Source of the DNA: Octopus sinensis
Lineage: Eukaryota
Direction of reading: 5' to 3'
NCBI RefSeq assembly: GCF_006345805.1
Contig: NC_043002.1
Location: 51,460,001-51,524,000, forward strand
Length of the DNA stretch: 64,000 bases
Shown: piece after piece, positions 13,229 to 26,097 of the stretch
How positions within the stretch are numbered: the stretch's first letter is position 1
Layout of the letters: every line of letters starts with the position of its first letter
Notes under the pieces: model-generated
Seen by the model: only the letters and a program-made list of their open reading frames with translations
Databases searched by the model: none
Told to the model about the DNA's origin: nothing
Position numbers and translations under genes: made by a program

Positions 13229-14834
13229 CATGCATGCATGTATGCTATATACATACATGGAGAGATATCTTTTGATAGACAGACACAAACACAAAATTTT
13301 GCTAAGAATATAAATATATTACTTCTGAATTTACTCTGTAAAATTCTTGATATGAAATCTGTTTTGAAAAAGTCTGTGTTGTTTATCTGTTGCTCATGCA
13401 GATTATCCTCAGATAATCCCTAATAGATTCCGACTCAGATTAAAGAGCAAATATTAAGGTATAGGCGCTGGCAAGAAGGAAGTATTTGGGTTGGCACATC
13501 ACCGATAAGGTCACAGACTGTGACGAAAGAACTCTGGCAAACCAATTAGTAACTTAATATTTTAATTTGTTAATGAGACAGTGATCTGGCAGAATCAATA
13601 GCACAGCAGGCAAAATGCTTAGCAGCATTTCGTCAGTCTTTATGTAATGAGTTCAAATGCTGCCCAGATCGACTTTGCCTTTTATCTTCTCGCGTCAATA
13701 AAATATGTACCATTTGAGCACTTATCAATGTAATCAACTTACCCTCCCCACTCCGAATCTTCTGGCACCTAGCCCTAATTTGAAACCAATATCTTAAATT
13801 GATTAACTAATTGATTATATAACCGAAGAGAAATACAATCAGTGGGCGTGTTTTCATTCGCAGCATGCCTCACAAAATACAAAACTATGTAGATACATAT
13901 ATCGACATATTTATTCATAAATTCATGGTTATTTGTTGTCATTTAGTAACAGGTCAGCACTGTCCAGCCGAGATATGATGAGAGTAAATATCTGATGCTA
14001 TCTTATTTAATATATATATATATATATATATAAACATAATATATATATATATTAAATAAGATAAGCATCAGATATTTACTCTCATCATATCTCGGCTGGA
14101 CAGTGCTGACCTGTTACTAAATGACAACAAATAACCATGAATTTATGAATAAATATGTCGATATATGTATCTACATAGTTTTGTATTTTGTGAGGCATGC
14201 TGCGAATGAAAACACGCCCACTGATTGTATTTCTCTTCGGTTATATAATCAATTAGTTAATCAATTTAAGATATTGGTTTCAAATTAGGGCTAGGTGCCA
14301 GAAGATTCGGAGTGGGGAGGGTAAGTTGATTACATTGATAAGTGCTCAAATGGTACATATTTTATTGACGCGAGAAGATAAAAGGCAAAGTCGATCTGGG
14401 CAGCATTTGAACTCATTACATAAAGACTGACGAAATGCTGCTAAGCATTTTGCCTGCTGTGCTATTGATTCTGCCAGATCACTGTCTCTTAACAAATTAA
14501 AATATTAAGTTACTAATTGGTTTGCCAGAGTTCTTCGTCACAGTCTGTGACCTTATCGGTGATGTGCCAACCCAAATACTTCCTTCCTGCCAGCGCCTAT
14601 ACCTTAATATTTGCTCTTTAATCTGAGTCGGAATCTATTAGGGATTATCTGAGGATAATCTGCATGAGCAACAGATAAACAACACAGACTTTTTCAAAAC
14701 AGATTTCATATCAAGAATTTTACAGAGTAAATTCAGAAGTAATATATTTATATTCTTTAGCAAAATTTTGTGTTTGTGTCTGTCTATCAAAAGATATCTC
14801 TCCATGTATGTATATAGGCATACATGCATGCATG
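13229..14834. repeat. Large fold-back palindrome, ~780 bp arms around a (TA)n spacer
   Basis: 13229-14011 is the reverse complement of 14051-14834, with about seven differences seen, mostly 1-bp indels. Confidence 0.95.
13578..13785 (+). mobile_element. SINE family C (mirrored at ~14275-14490, minus)
   Basis: CTGGCAGAATC..GAGTTCAAAT..GACTTTGCCTTT body shared with copies at 21178, 58490 and 60335-61605. Confidence 0.75.
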
Positions 14835-14888
14835 CATGCATGCATGCATGCATACATACATACATACATACATACATACATACATACA

Positions 14889-14922
<34 letters not shown>

Positions 14923-15178
14923 CATACATACATACATACATACATACATACATACATACACATACATACATACATACATACATACATACATGATGGCCGT
15001 CCACTCGTGACCAAGGAAGACCATTGCTGACTTTCAGGAACATTGTGCACTCTAGGACTAATATTTTGCATTTGCGGCTCTGTTTGGCGGCTAATGAGCC
15101 CTGCTCTTGACAAACATACACGACTGCAAACATTGCAAACCAAGCTTTCCCCATTCACTAGACTAGCAGTGCGCTTTC

Positions 15179-15255
15179 GAACAGGACAGTGAGAACAAAA
15201 CAGTAAAAACAAACGGTGAGGACTGTTAAGCCGAGACGATCTCACTGTCCTGTTC
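15179..15255. repeat. Perfect 16-bp inverted repeat with 45-nt spacer
   Basis: GAACAGGACAGTGAGA (15179-15194) / TCTCACTGTCCTGTTC (15240-15255). Confidence 0.9.
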
Positions 15256-15532
15256 TTGTTACCACTTTCACCCCCCACAAAAAATTCCAAATTTTATTTA
15301 ATTTGCTTTGCGGGAAGGATTGTTTCAATGAAGTCGCGTCTTGACCTTGCCTTCGGATGAAACAGGGACAACTGAAGAAGGGTAATATTTTTTATGTTTT
15401 ATGTCTCGCTTCTCTGCTTGTTTGTTTGTTTTTTTTGTTCGAAAAAAAGTTCGTTTCTATGTTTTTCTTTTTATGTTTTCATTTCTCATTGTGTTCAACG
15501 TTTTTTTATGTCTCTGTACCCATACATGCATG

Positions 15533-15593
<61 letters not shown>

Positions 15594-15900
15594 GGTATGT
15601 ACATATATGTATGCATATATGCATAATTATATATTATTTACGTTATTATATGATCGAACGCCACGTTTTATATATATATATATATATATTAATAATAAAT
15701 ATTAGGGAATAAATCCAAACTTACAGGGAAAAATCAGATTTAGGATAGAATCCAATTTTATAGTAAAATATTATATTATATTAAATTAGAGACAAAACCA
15801 CTATTAGGCAAATCAAACAATGAAAAACTTAATCCAATACATATGATTATTTAATTTATATTATTTAAATATATAACAAAATTATTAAAAAATATAATTA

Positions 15901-15975
15901 ATATCACACTACGATCGTTTCATGCCTGCTAACTTCTTCAAATTTTGAGTCGCAGTCATTCATCAGTGGTTAAAT
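15901..15975 (-). ncRNA. Type I hammerhead-like motif in an AT-rich repeat (~15690-15990)
   Basis: Minus strand: CTGATGA (15966-15960); stem II ATG-A-CTGC..GCAG-G-CAT; GAAA; perfect palindrome ACGATCGT; GUA. Stem I imperfect. Confidence 0.55.
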
Positions 15976-15991
15976 ATTTATCTGGCGAGGT

Positions 15992-16058
<67 letters not shown>

Positions 16059-16073
16059 TATATATATATTATA

Positions 16074-17113
16074 TAGGGGTTGGTCAAAATAATGGAAACA
16101 CCTAGCATCATAGCATCATAATTTGGAAATATCTATAAAACCATCAAAAACTTGTTTATTTCTGTTTTTTTAATTGATTATTAGTGTTGTCAATATATTT
16201 TGCTAAAATTGCTGTTTCTTTTCAGATATCATCAGAAAAAGGTTATTAAAATTCATGAAAATGACAGATCTATCGGACTTTCAAAGAGATCAAATTGTTG
16301 GTATTCTTATGGTAGACGCTGGCGTAACGAAAACAGATTAAATGTTTGATATATCAAGAAGTACTGTCTCGAAAGTAATGAGTCTATAAGAAAGAGGGAA
16401 AAACCTCGTCGAAACAAAACTCCGGAAGAAAACCAAAGCATTCAGATAGGGACTCTTACGTGAATTGTTAGAAAGGATCACAAAAGTACAGCTCCCAAAA
16501 CTACTACAGAACTTAATGGCCACCACAACAAACCAGTTTCCACAAAAACTGTTCGCCGGGAGCTACACAATGCCGGATTTCACGGAGGGCTGCAATCAGA
16601 AAACCACTATTTTCAAAAACAAACGTTGCAAAGTGTTTAGAGTGGAGTAAAACCTACAGAATTGTTCATGGCAGAATTAATAGATAAAGACTATTTAAGC
16701 ATTTTATCTGATCACATTCATCCTATGGTTGCGGAACTGTTGCCAAAGGGAAACGCAATCTTTCAGGATGGTAATGCACCAATTCACAGAGCTAAAGTTG
16801 TTACTGAATGGTTCGAGGAACGTTCTAGTGAAGTTGAACATCTTATCTGGCTACCACAGTCCCCAGATCGCAATATTATTGAACATTTATGGTGCATTTT
16901 AGAAAAACAAGTAAGGGTCGATATCCTCCACCATCATCAATACAAGAACTGGAGACTGTTTTTGCTGAAGAATGGACAAAAATTCCTTTGGAAACAATTC
17001 AAACTTTGCACGTAAAATTCAAGCCTTAATTACTGCCAAAGGCGGTCCTACTCTATACTAAATTAAATTTGTTTGAATTTTTAAGGTGTTTCCATCGTTT
17101 TATCCAACCCCTT
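16074..17113 (+). mobile_element. Tc1 DNA transposon, internally deleted
   Basis: TIRs GGGGTTGG(TC/AT)AAAA(TA/CG)ATGGAAACACC. N-terminus DLSDFQRDQIVG. ORF 16662-17015 has FQDGNAPIH and WLPQSPDRNIIEHLW. The FSDES region is missing. Confidence 0.93.
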
Positions 17114-17194
17114 ATACACACACACACACAAACACACACACAAACACACACACACACAAACACAACACACACACACACCACACACACATATATA

Positions 17195-17238
<44 letters not shown>

Positions 17239-17282
17239 AGAACTTGGAATGTAAAAGAAATAAACAATTATGAAATTCATTA

Positions 17283-17365
17283 GGCTACAGCTGTTTCTGC
17301 TACATGATGCATTGGAATCATAGTTGAGTTCCTGAGTATCGCAGTATAGCTTCATCGGAGCTTCA
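17283..17365 (-). ncRNA. Decayed hammerhead-like motif
   Basis: Minus strand: CCGATGA-A-GCTA..TAGC-A-GAA-ACAGCTGT-A-GCC; palindromic stem III, GUA triplet, weak stem I. Confidence 0.4.
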
Positions 17366-17435
17366 AACATGAAGCGATGCCAAAGCGAAATGTTTGCATT
17401 TATGTGTGTGTGTGTGTGTGTGTATGTGTGTGTAT

Positions 17436-17522
<87 letters not shown>

Positions 17523-18089
17523 GCAAAGACGATCTCGGTGGGATTTGAACTCGAAAAGCAAACAGATTAAATTTAATTATCGTACAGTGATTTGTCATAC
17601 AAGTATCGTACAGTCCCGCGCTGCAATTTCTGTCAGTCAGTCGTCTGGTCTCTAGGTATGACAGCTCATGTGCGCTGTTTTCAGTATATCACGTATCTTT
17701 GCTTTTGTGGCTGTATGATTCATGTTATATATAATTTTCGAACAAGTATGTATAGTTAAAGTCTACAAAAAATGTTCATAAATATGTACAGTTATATATA
17801 TCTAGCAAAGATTACATTGTATACATGTAAATGTATATGTTTGTGCGTGTGTGTGTGTATGCGTATATGTTTATATATGATTCGTGCTCTTTCGCACACA
17901 CATAAGCATATATATATATATATATTCATATAAATGTATGCATATATATAAATGCATATATATATATATATATATAAATGTATGCAGATATATATATAAA
18001 TGCATATATATATATGTATGTGTGTGTATAGGCTATATATATATATATATGTTTTGTCTATATATATGTGTGTGTATGTGTTGTCTATG

Positions 18090-18125
<36 letters not shown>

Positions 18126-18154
18126 GCACACTGGGCACGGAAGAAAAGGACAGC

Positions 18155-18165
18155 TAGATAGATAG

Positions 18166-18245
<80 letters not shown>

Positions 18246-18255
18246 TAGATAGATA
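18155..18255. repeat. (GATA)n
   Basis: Direct reading. Confidence 0.97.
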
Positions 18256-20010
18256 AGTATGACGTGTGCACATCAGTTAATCTTTTCCTGTTCAAGTTAA
18301 CCCGTCAAAGTTTACCGATCCCAGCTGAGAACATTCCGAAAAGAAAGTCTTCGTTAATTCTTTGATATACAAGAGTTAAGTGGGTGGAAATATAAACTCA
18401 CAATATATTTACATGTTAAATATACAACATATATCCTTTAAGTTTTGATATGGTTACTTTGAATTCGTCTACTCCAGACGATATGTTTTATTTTTATTCT
18501 TTATGTATATTTTATATTTTCTTTTTTCTTTTCCTTTTATTTTTTGAATTTTGTTTTCTCTTCCTTTTTCTTCTCTTTTACGATATTTTCTTTTTTTGTT
18601 TTGTTTTCTTTCACTGCGAGAAAGATCTGAAAAGTCAGAATAATTTGATATCTTTTTGCAATGTTTGCTAGTTTGCAGCAGATCGTTTTACAATTTTCAG
18701 TTTAAAAGGCAATCCTTGTGTCTTCTTCCAGTAGAGTGTACGTTGTTGCTGTGTCAGAGGATAAGAAGGTGAATACACCAAAATCTCGAGGAGAGGTGGA
18801 GAGTTTAGTTTTGTATACGTATACAGATGCTATACGCCAGATTTTCTACGGTAACTGATCCAAATGAGCAAACGTTACGGACACCAAACGAATGCTTATT
18901 CGAGAAACGATGATTTGCTGCTGATGCTTTTGGTCGTCTGCAAAATTTATTGACGTCATGTCTCGGGTTCGGTTTTTGCTTTCACGTCCGCTCGACGGCA
19001 AAGGTCAACAAGCGATAATCGTTCTCCTTAACATATAATCCGGCGATAAGCGATCGAAGAACGTTTCGTTTAATTATTGATAGCAAGAACAAGATGACAG
19101 CGGAAGTAATTCTGATCGTTAAAGCAAAACGACAACTCCGCCTAAACAGGCAAAGCCGCCATGTTAAAAGGTGAAAGATTTGAGACTGGAAGAAAATCAA
19201 AATAAACAAACTGAGAATTGAAGAGTGGAGGTGATGGGGAGGGGGGCGAAAACAATAAGAAAAGTAAAGCAAATTTAGTTCTATTCGGTTTATTTTTCTT
19301 TTCCCTTCCTTCGCCTTCTTTCTTTTTCCATATTATTTTTGACTTTTCAGTTTTCTCCGCTTTTTAAACTATCGTATTATTTCGATTTAATTCTTCCGGT
19401 GTTGCTTCATTCTCTTCTTCTTTGCCTTCGTCTCTTCTTCGTAATCTTCTTCATTTTATTTCTTCATAGTCTCACTGCATCTCCGCTTTTTTTACCCTCT
19501 TTTTATTCCCTTTTTCTTACTCTCCTTGTTTTCTTCACTATTATTTTGTATTGGGTGGGTTTTTTTCATTTGTCATCATTTCTTCTTCCTATTTTTTCTT
19601 CTTCTCTTCTTTTCTTATTTTCTTCTTCTTCTTCTTCTTCTCTTCTTGTTCTCTTCTTCTTCTTCTTCTTATTATTTATTATTATAATTATATTATATAT
19701 TATATTATTATTATTATTATATTATTATTATTATTGTTTTATTGAAATCAATATTATTAATCCTTTCATCATCATTGCAGTCATCATCGTCATCAATATC
19801 ACTATCACCGATACCATTAGTATTATCATCATGGTCGTCGTCGTCATAGTCACCGTCGTCATCGCCATCATTGTCGTTCTCGTTATCATTCATTTTTTTT
19901 CTTTCCCTCGCCGTTATCATCTTACGACTTCATTTTCATTTGCTTTCTCCTTCTACTCGTTTTCATTCTTTCACCTTCATAATTTCTTCTTCTTCTTCTT
20001 CTTCTTCTTC

Positions 20011-20054
<44 letters not shown>

Positions 20055-20296
20055 GGTTGGTGTCTTCTATCTGTCTTTGCCTTATTAAAACATCCGACCC
20101 CACCAAAACATCCGACCCCTCCATTTGTTTGTAGGCTGAGTCAAAACACCAATGTGTAATGTGTTACGGACAGCAATCATTGTAAGGTGATACCCTCACA
20201 GCAAACATGGTTTATTGTAGAAGTTCATGGAAAGGACTTCCAATGCAGTCATTCACCATACCTCTTCACCTCTAATTTTTCCCATCTCTCTCTCTT

Positions 20297-20331
<35 letters not shown>

Positions 20332-20586
20332 TACACACACACTCATTCTTTCTATCTTTCTTTTTCTATATATATATATATATATGTGTATGCATGTACG
20401 TATATATGTGTATGCATGTACGTATATATGTTCATGTATAATAAATATATATGTATGCATGTATGTATACATGTATTATGCATGCATATATCAATCTGTT
20501 CTAACTCTTTCTCACTTTCTCTCAAAACTTCCTTCCCTATTTCCATTCATCTATATATCTATATCTACCTACTCCATCTATGTATG

Positions 20587-20645
<59 letters not shown>

Positions 20646-20779
20646 TTATTTATTTAACTATCTACTTATCTGCCTCCTGTTCACTTACTCGAACGGGAAC
20701 ACGTAAGGATGACAAATTTTTACTCTAATAAAAACAAAATCTATTAAAAGACAAAGAAAATAAATCGGAACTACAAGCA

Positions 20780-22085
20780 GTATAAAACAGTGCAGTATAA
20801 ATATAATACATCGTATATGGTACAATACTCAACAATACAAGAAGTGAATACATTTTATTAAAATATAAAACATTATGAAACAACAGAATTCAGTAAAATG
20901 CTATTGCTATGTAATATAGAACTATGTTAATAAGATGATGCAAAATGATATTGTAATACAAAATACAGCACAACAGCAAAAAGTGCATTACGGTTCAATG
21001 TAATATAATTCAATGCAATAATACATATTTTTATATAATATATACAGTATATATAATTCTATACACTGCAGTGCAATACTGTTCGCCAGAATGCAATACT
21101 GCACAAGGTAATTTAATAATATATCGTACAAACCAGTACAAAACAGCACTATACAATATCATACAATACAAGACAATATTATTTTCTACTCAAGGCACAA
21201 GGCTCGAAATTTTGGAGGAGGGGGCAGTCGATTAGATCGACTCCAGTACGCAACTGGTACTTAAGTTATCGACACCGAAAGGATGAAAAGCAAAGTCGAC
21301 CTCGGCGGAATTTGAACTCAGAACGTAAAGACAGACGAAATGCCGTTTGACAGTACAAGACAATATTGACCAATACATAACAATATATAATGCAATTATG
21401 TATTGCATACGAAACAATGCAATACCACAAAATGCAATTAGTACGATATTGCAAAGTACATTAAAGATGAATATAGTGCAATAGAGTACAATACAATGCA
21501 AAGCGGTATAACCCTCTATGATACAACAAAGAATAGTAGAGTACATTATAGGCCAATACAGTAAAAAAATAATAAAATAAAGAATAATATTATACAGTTC
21601 AGTACAAAAGATACAATACAATATTGAGCAATACGCTACAATACGGAATCATACGGTACAATACTGTACCATATACTATAGTACGATATAAATAAATACT
21701 GATGCAGTTTAATACAGTGAAGTACAATGCAATATAGTACAATACAATATAACACAATATAATACAATAGAGCGCGATACTATAGAATGTAATAGACCAT
21801 GATGTGTACACTATAATACAATACAATAATACAATACAGTACAATGTAGAATAATAAAATTCAGTACAATGTGGGACAATACAATGCGGTTCCGTAAAAT
21901 ATAACACAGTTCAATATAGTACGATACAACAGAGTACAATACATTGCAATGTAGTACAATGCTATACATAACAATACTGTAACACACATCACATTTTGGC
22001 ACAATTAAATATCGTACAGTACAGTATAATACAGCACAACGAAATGTAATACATTACAATAGAGTACAATATATATATTGTCATA
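20780..22085. repeat. Degenerate pentamer satellite (ATACA/GTACA/CAATA)n, interrupted by a SINE
   Basis: 5-bp periodicity over ~1.3 kb; a similar array lies at 51475-52430. Confidence 0.85.
21178..21347 (-). mobile_element. SINE family C
   Basis: GCACAAGGCTCGAAATTT..GTCGATTAGATCGAC..GGCGGAATTTGAACTCAGAACG. Confidence 0.8.
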
Positions 22086-22274
22086 CAGATAGAAAACGGT
22101 CAGTCCTCATCTAATGCCGCTGATAGGTACTTTAGAAGGGCAGACTTTTTGTGTGTGTGTATAATATATATATATATATATATCTATATATATAGCTATA
22201 TATGTAGGGTCCCGGGTTGAGTCGGGGTTAACCACAGTAAATAAGGTACTCAATACATAGCAGAGTAAATTAAT

Positions 22275-22395
22275 TTATTTTATAGAAGGAGCTTCTACAG
22301 GACTAGAACTGTTTCATTCAAAAGAACCATCAGGAAGCTTCCTGATGATTTATTTTGAATGAAACAGTTCTAGTCCTGTAGAAGCTCCTTTATAA

Positions 22396-22400
<5 letters not shown>
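22275..22400. ncRNA. Palindrome made of two back-to-back type I hammerhead-like motifs, one per strand
   Basis: Plus strand: AGCTTC-CTGATGA-TTTATTTTGAAT-GAAA-CAG-TTCTAGTC-CTGT-A-GAAGCT (22336-22386). The mirror copy on the minus strand has CTGATGG. Centre AAGCTT. Confidence 0.65.
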
Positions 22401-22453
<53 letters not shown>

Positions 22454-22459
<6 letters not shown>

Positions 22460-23695
22460 TCATTAACAAGGAAATGTCCGATATCCTTATGCACCAAGTT
22501 TGACAGTCGTTAACTCTAACGTTTTATCCTGACAATTCTTTGTTTTATAACATTGAAGAGTTACATCATCACTTTTCGAAATGCAATTCATGATGTCTGA
22601 TTATACTGTGAATTTTCTCCTGTAAATCAATTTTTGTGAACCCAAGGTAGATAAAAAATTCGTGTTGTTTGTGAATGTGAGTTCCGTCGTGGAACCAATG
22701 CATCCCAGATAGCTCGAATTATCAGTGAGGTGTTTGGTGAAGATGTGGTGAATGAGTGCATGTCAATGGTTTGAGAAGTCCCGGTCTGGTCACTTTACTC
22801 ATACCACATGGTAGACCTGAGACCAAGGTGGATAATGATGAGATGGAAACTGTAGTGGAAGCGGATACATCTCAAATTACGTGTGAGTCAGCAGTTTCGA
22901 TTCCAACTATATTGGGACCATCTGAAACGAATTGGCAAGGTAAAGAAGCTGGACAAGTGGGTACCACACCAACTGAATGAGCATCAAATGATACGTCATC
23001 TTGAAACTTACTGTTCTTTGCTGACACGGCATAAAAGCGAACCATTTATGCATCGTATTATCTGAGATGATAAATGGATTCTTTTCAACAATAGCAAGTG
23101 TTCTGTACGGTTGTTGGATAGAGACGAAGTGCCAAACCACAATTCAAAAAAGAATATTCGCAAACAAATGCTAATGGTGTCTGTGTGGTGGTCCTGCACT
23201 GGTGTTATCCGCTACATCTTCCTGAGACCTGGTAAGTCAATTACAGCAGATGTATACATCAACCAATTGGATGAAATAATGAGTGAACTTGCAATTAAAC
23301 AACCGAGATTGGTCAATAGAGACAAGTCAATTCTCTTGCAAGACAATGCTCGACCACATGTTGCACAAAAAACGCTACTCAAGTTACAGGAGCAAAACTT
23401 GTAAGTACTCTGTCATCCACCAGACCTTGTACCAACTGACTATCACGTTTTCCAGGCATTAGACAACTTTTTGCAAGGAAAAAACTTCAAATCTGAAGAT
23501 GCAAAAACAGCCTTTCGTGATTTCATCTCCTCTTGCTCTCCACAATTCTTTGCTGCCGGCATAAACAAGCTTCCGATAAAATGGCAAAATTGTGTTGATA
23601 ATTTGGGTGCATACTTTGATTAACTGAATTACTTTTTGTTGAGATGAAATAAACTTTCAGTTCAAAATCGGCCATTTCATTCTTAATGACCTGAA
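22454..23695 (+). mobile_element. mariner (DD34D) transposon, near full length, pseudogenised
   Basis: ~28-bp TIRs TCAG(A/G)TCATTAA..GAAATG(T/G)CCGAT. Motifs WVPHQL, DDKWI, MVSVWW, LLQDNARPH, PDLVPTDYH; multiple stops and frameshifts. Confidence 0.93.
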
Positions 23696-23710
23696 ATATG
23701 CGTGCTTGTG

Positions 23711-23811
23711 TGTGTGTACGACGGGCTTCTTTCAGTTTCCGACTGCCACATCTACTCACAAGGCTTTGATCGACCCGAGGCTATAGCAGAAGACATTTGC
23801 CCAAGGTGCCA
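23711..23811 (-). mobile_element. SINE family B fragment
   Basis: CGACGGGCTTCTTTCAGTTTCCG..CTCACAAGGCTTTG..GCCCAAGGTGCCAC. Confidence 0.75.
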
Positions 23812-23868
23812 CAGTTGACGATTTCTCAAATTTTCTCTTGAGGAATTGTTGAAGAAAGCGCTTACACC

Positions 23869-24187
23869 GTGAAGGTGCATGGCTCTGTGAGGTAATGACT
23901 TCGATTCCTGGACCGAGTTGTGTGTTGTGCTCTTGAGCAAGACACTTTATTTCACATTGCACCAGTACACTCAGCTGTAGAAATGCGTTGCGACGTCACT
24001 AGTGCCAAGCTGCATCGGCCTTTGCTTTCCCTTGGATAACATCAGTGGAACGGAGAGAGGAGGCTGGCATGCATGGGTGACTGCTGGTTCTTCCGTAAAC
24101 ATCCTTGACCGGACTTGTACCTCGGGGGGGGGGGTAACTTTCTAGGTGCAATCCCATGGCCATTTATGACCAAAGGGGGTCTTTACC
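23869..24187 (+). mobile_element. SINE family A, full length
   Basis: GTGAAGGTGCATGGC head, B box TTCGATTCC, body shared with 29685, 59908 and 62980 copies, GGGGGTCTTTACC end. Confidence 0.85.
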
Positions 24188-24639
24188 TAACTAACACTGG
24201 AAGAAAGCCTGCTTTTTATGTTATAGACAGTACAGATGTTCATGGTTTACCTAAATCACACTCGCAAGAATTAACTGTTCCTGACCTTTTTGATATATAT
24301 CAACAGTTGTGTATATGAAGAAATGGACAATCAAGAAATAAAAAAAAAATGAACTACTAATAAAAGAACTGACCGAAAAAAAACTTGATTCGAAATTCTT
24401 GGTTTTGAAAAGTTCAAGCAATTACTCATGGATATCAACTTTAGCATTGAATGAAGTCTACGATTTTCGCCAGATTTGGTTAAAGACCAACGCTCTAAAA
24501 GGTAGACGCTTGCAGAGAAAAAAAAATTTTTTGTGATGCGGCTTAAATGCAGCTGGTTACGTATTTTTCAAAGAATAAAAATATTTTTTATTAATTGAAA
24601 AATTAAAAACGGATAAAAGTAGTAGTAGTAGTAGTAGTA

Positions 24640-24694
<55 letters not shown>

Positions 24695-25383
24695 AAAACT
24701 CAGTTGTTTGTGTTTGTACTGGTGTTGTATGAGTTGTTATTAAGTAGTATTTCTGTGCATGCGACACGTGTCCAGGTGCTTAACATAGGAATGCGTTTAA
24801 CATATGTATGTGTGTGAAAGCCTGTATATCTGTATGTGTGTGTGGATAAGTCTATCTGGATTTGTGTGCACTGAACCAACGTATTTCTTGATGTATCTCA
24901 AAAAAGATAGTTCACGTGCTATTGAATTCGACTCCTTTTAAACAGAATGACAAAATAACTGCTAACATGGTACTACGAATATAGCTGGTAACAGAACTGC
25001 TAATGAGATTGCGAATATATATATCGCTATTTTACCCTCGTTCTGGTCTAACGACCCTCCATGTTTGTTCTCGTTCGGTTTCCTGGCATGTCTCCACTGT
25101 CCGGTTTTTGTTCCCAACTTTGACCCTCCATAAATCCCAAATTTTATTTTTTTTTACTTATGGGAACAACAGTCTTCGAAGACTCATTTTGTCATTCAAT
25201 ACTCGAAATGAGGAGTAGATAGACAGCCGACAACTGATGAAGGGTCGTTCTTTATTTCACTTGTTCTGTTCCCATTTGTTTCTCTCGTTGTTTGCGTATT
25301 GAAGTCATTTGTTTTCACATATCATGTTGTTTTACTGTTGGTAACGTCCTGTAGCCATATATGCATACATATATGCATATATA

Positions 25384-25425
<42 letters not shown>

Positions 25426-25456
25426 TATAATATATTATATATATATTATTATATAT

Positions 25457-25521
<65 letters not shown>

Positions 25522-25600
25522 AGAATTAAAATGGAGGACAAGAGATGGAACGAACCGACGAATCGAAAACGAACCCGACGCGAGGCGCTGTCAGACAATA

Positions 25601-25971
25601 ATGTAATAATTAAAATATATGCATACATACAAACATATATGTACGTACCTACATCTACATGTATATATACATGAATATATAAATAAATATACGTGAGTAC
25701 AGGACACCACAACAGGACGTAGAAACGGGAAAAACATAAAATTATAACAAGAAAATAAGGAAAAGTCCCCGGTCATCAGCTGTCGCTAATTAGACTCGAC
25801 CGGGGACTTTTTCTTATTTTCTTGTTATAATTTTATGTTTATCCCGTTTCTACGTCCTGTTGTGGTATCCTGTACTCACGTATATTTATTTATATATGCA
25901 TGTATATATACATGTAGATGTAGGTACGTACATATATGTTTGTATGTATGCATATATTTTAATTATTACAT
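25601..25971. repeat. Fold-back palindrome, ~174 bp arms, 23-nt spacer
   Basis: 25601-25774 vs 25798-25971, four substitutions seen. The spacer/arm junction reads CTGATGA on the minus strand. Confidence 0.93.
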
Positions 25972-26046
25972 ATATATATAGTATATATATATATATATAT
26001 ATGCATATATGTATATATATATATATTATATATAATATATATATAT

Positions 26047-26097
<51 letters not shown>

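Noticed and set aside
18700-19272. CpG-richer unique stretch with a 96-aa minus ORF
   Set aside because: No known motif; other frames are closed by stops. No support for a gene or promoter from sequence alone.
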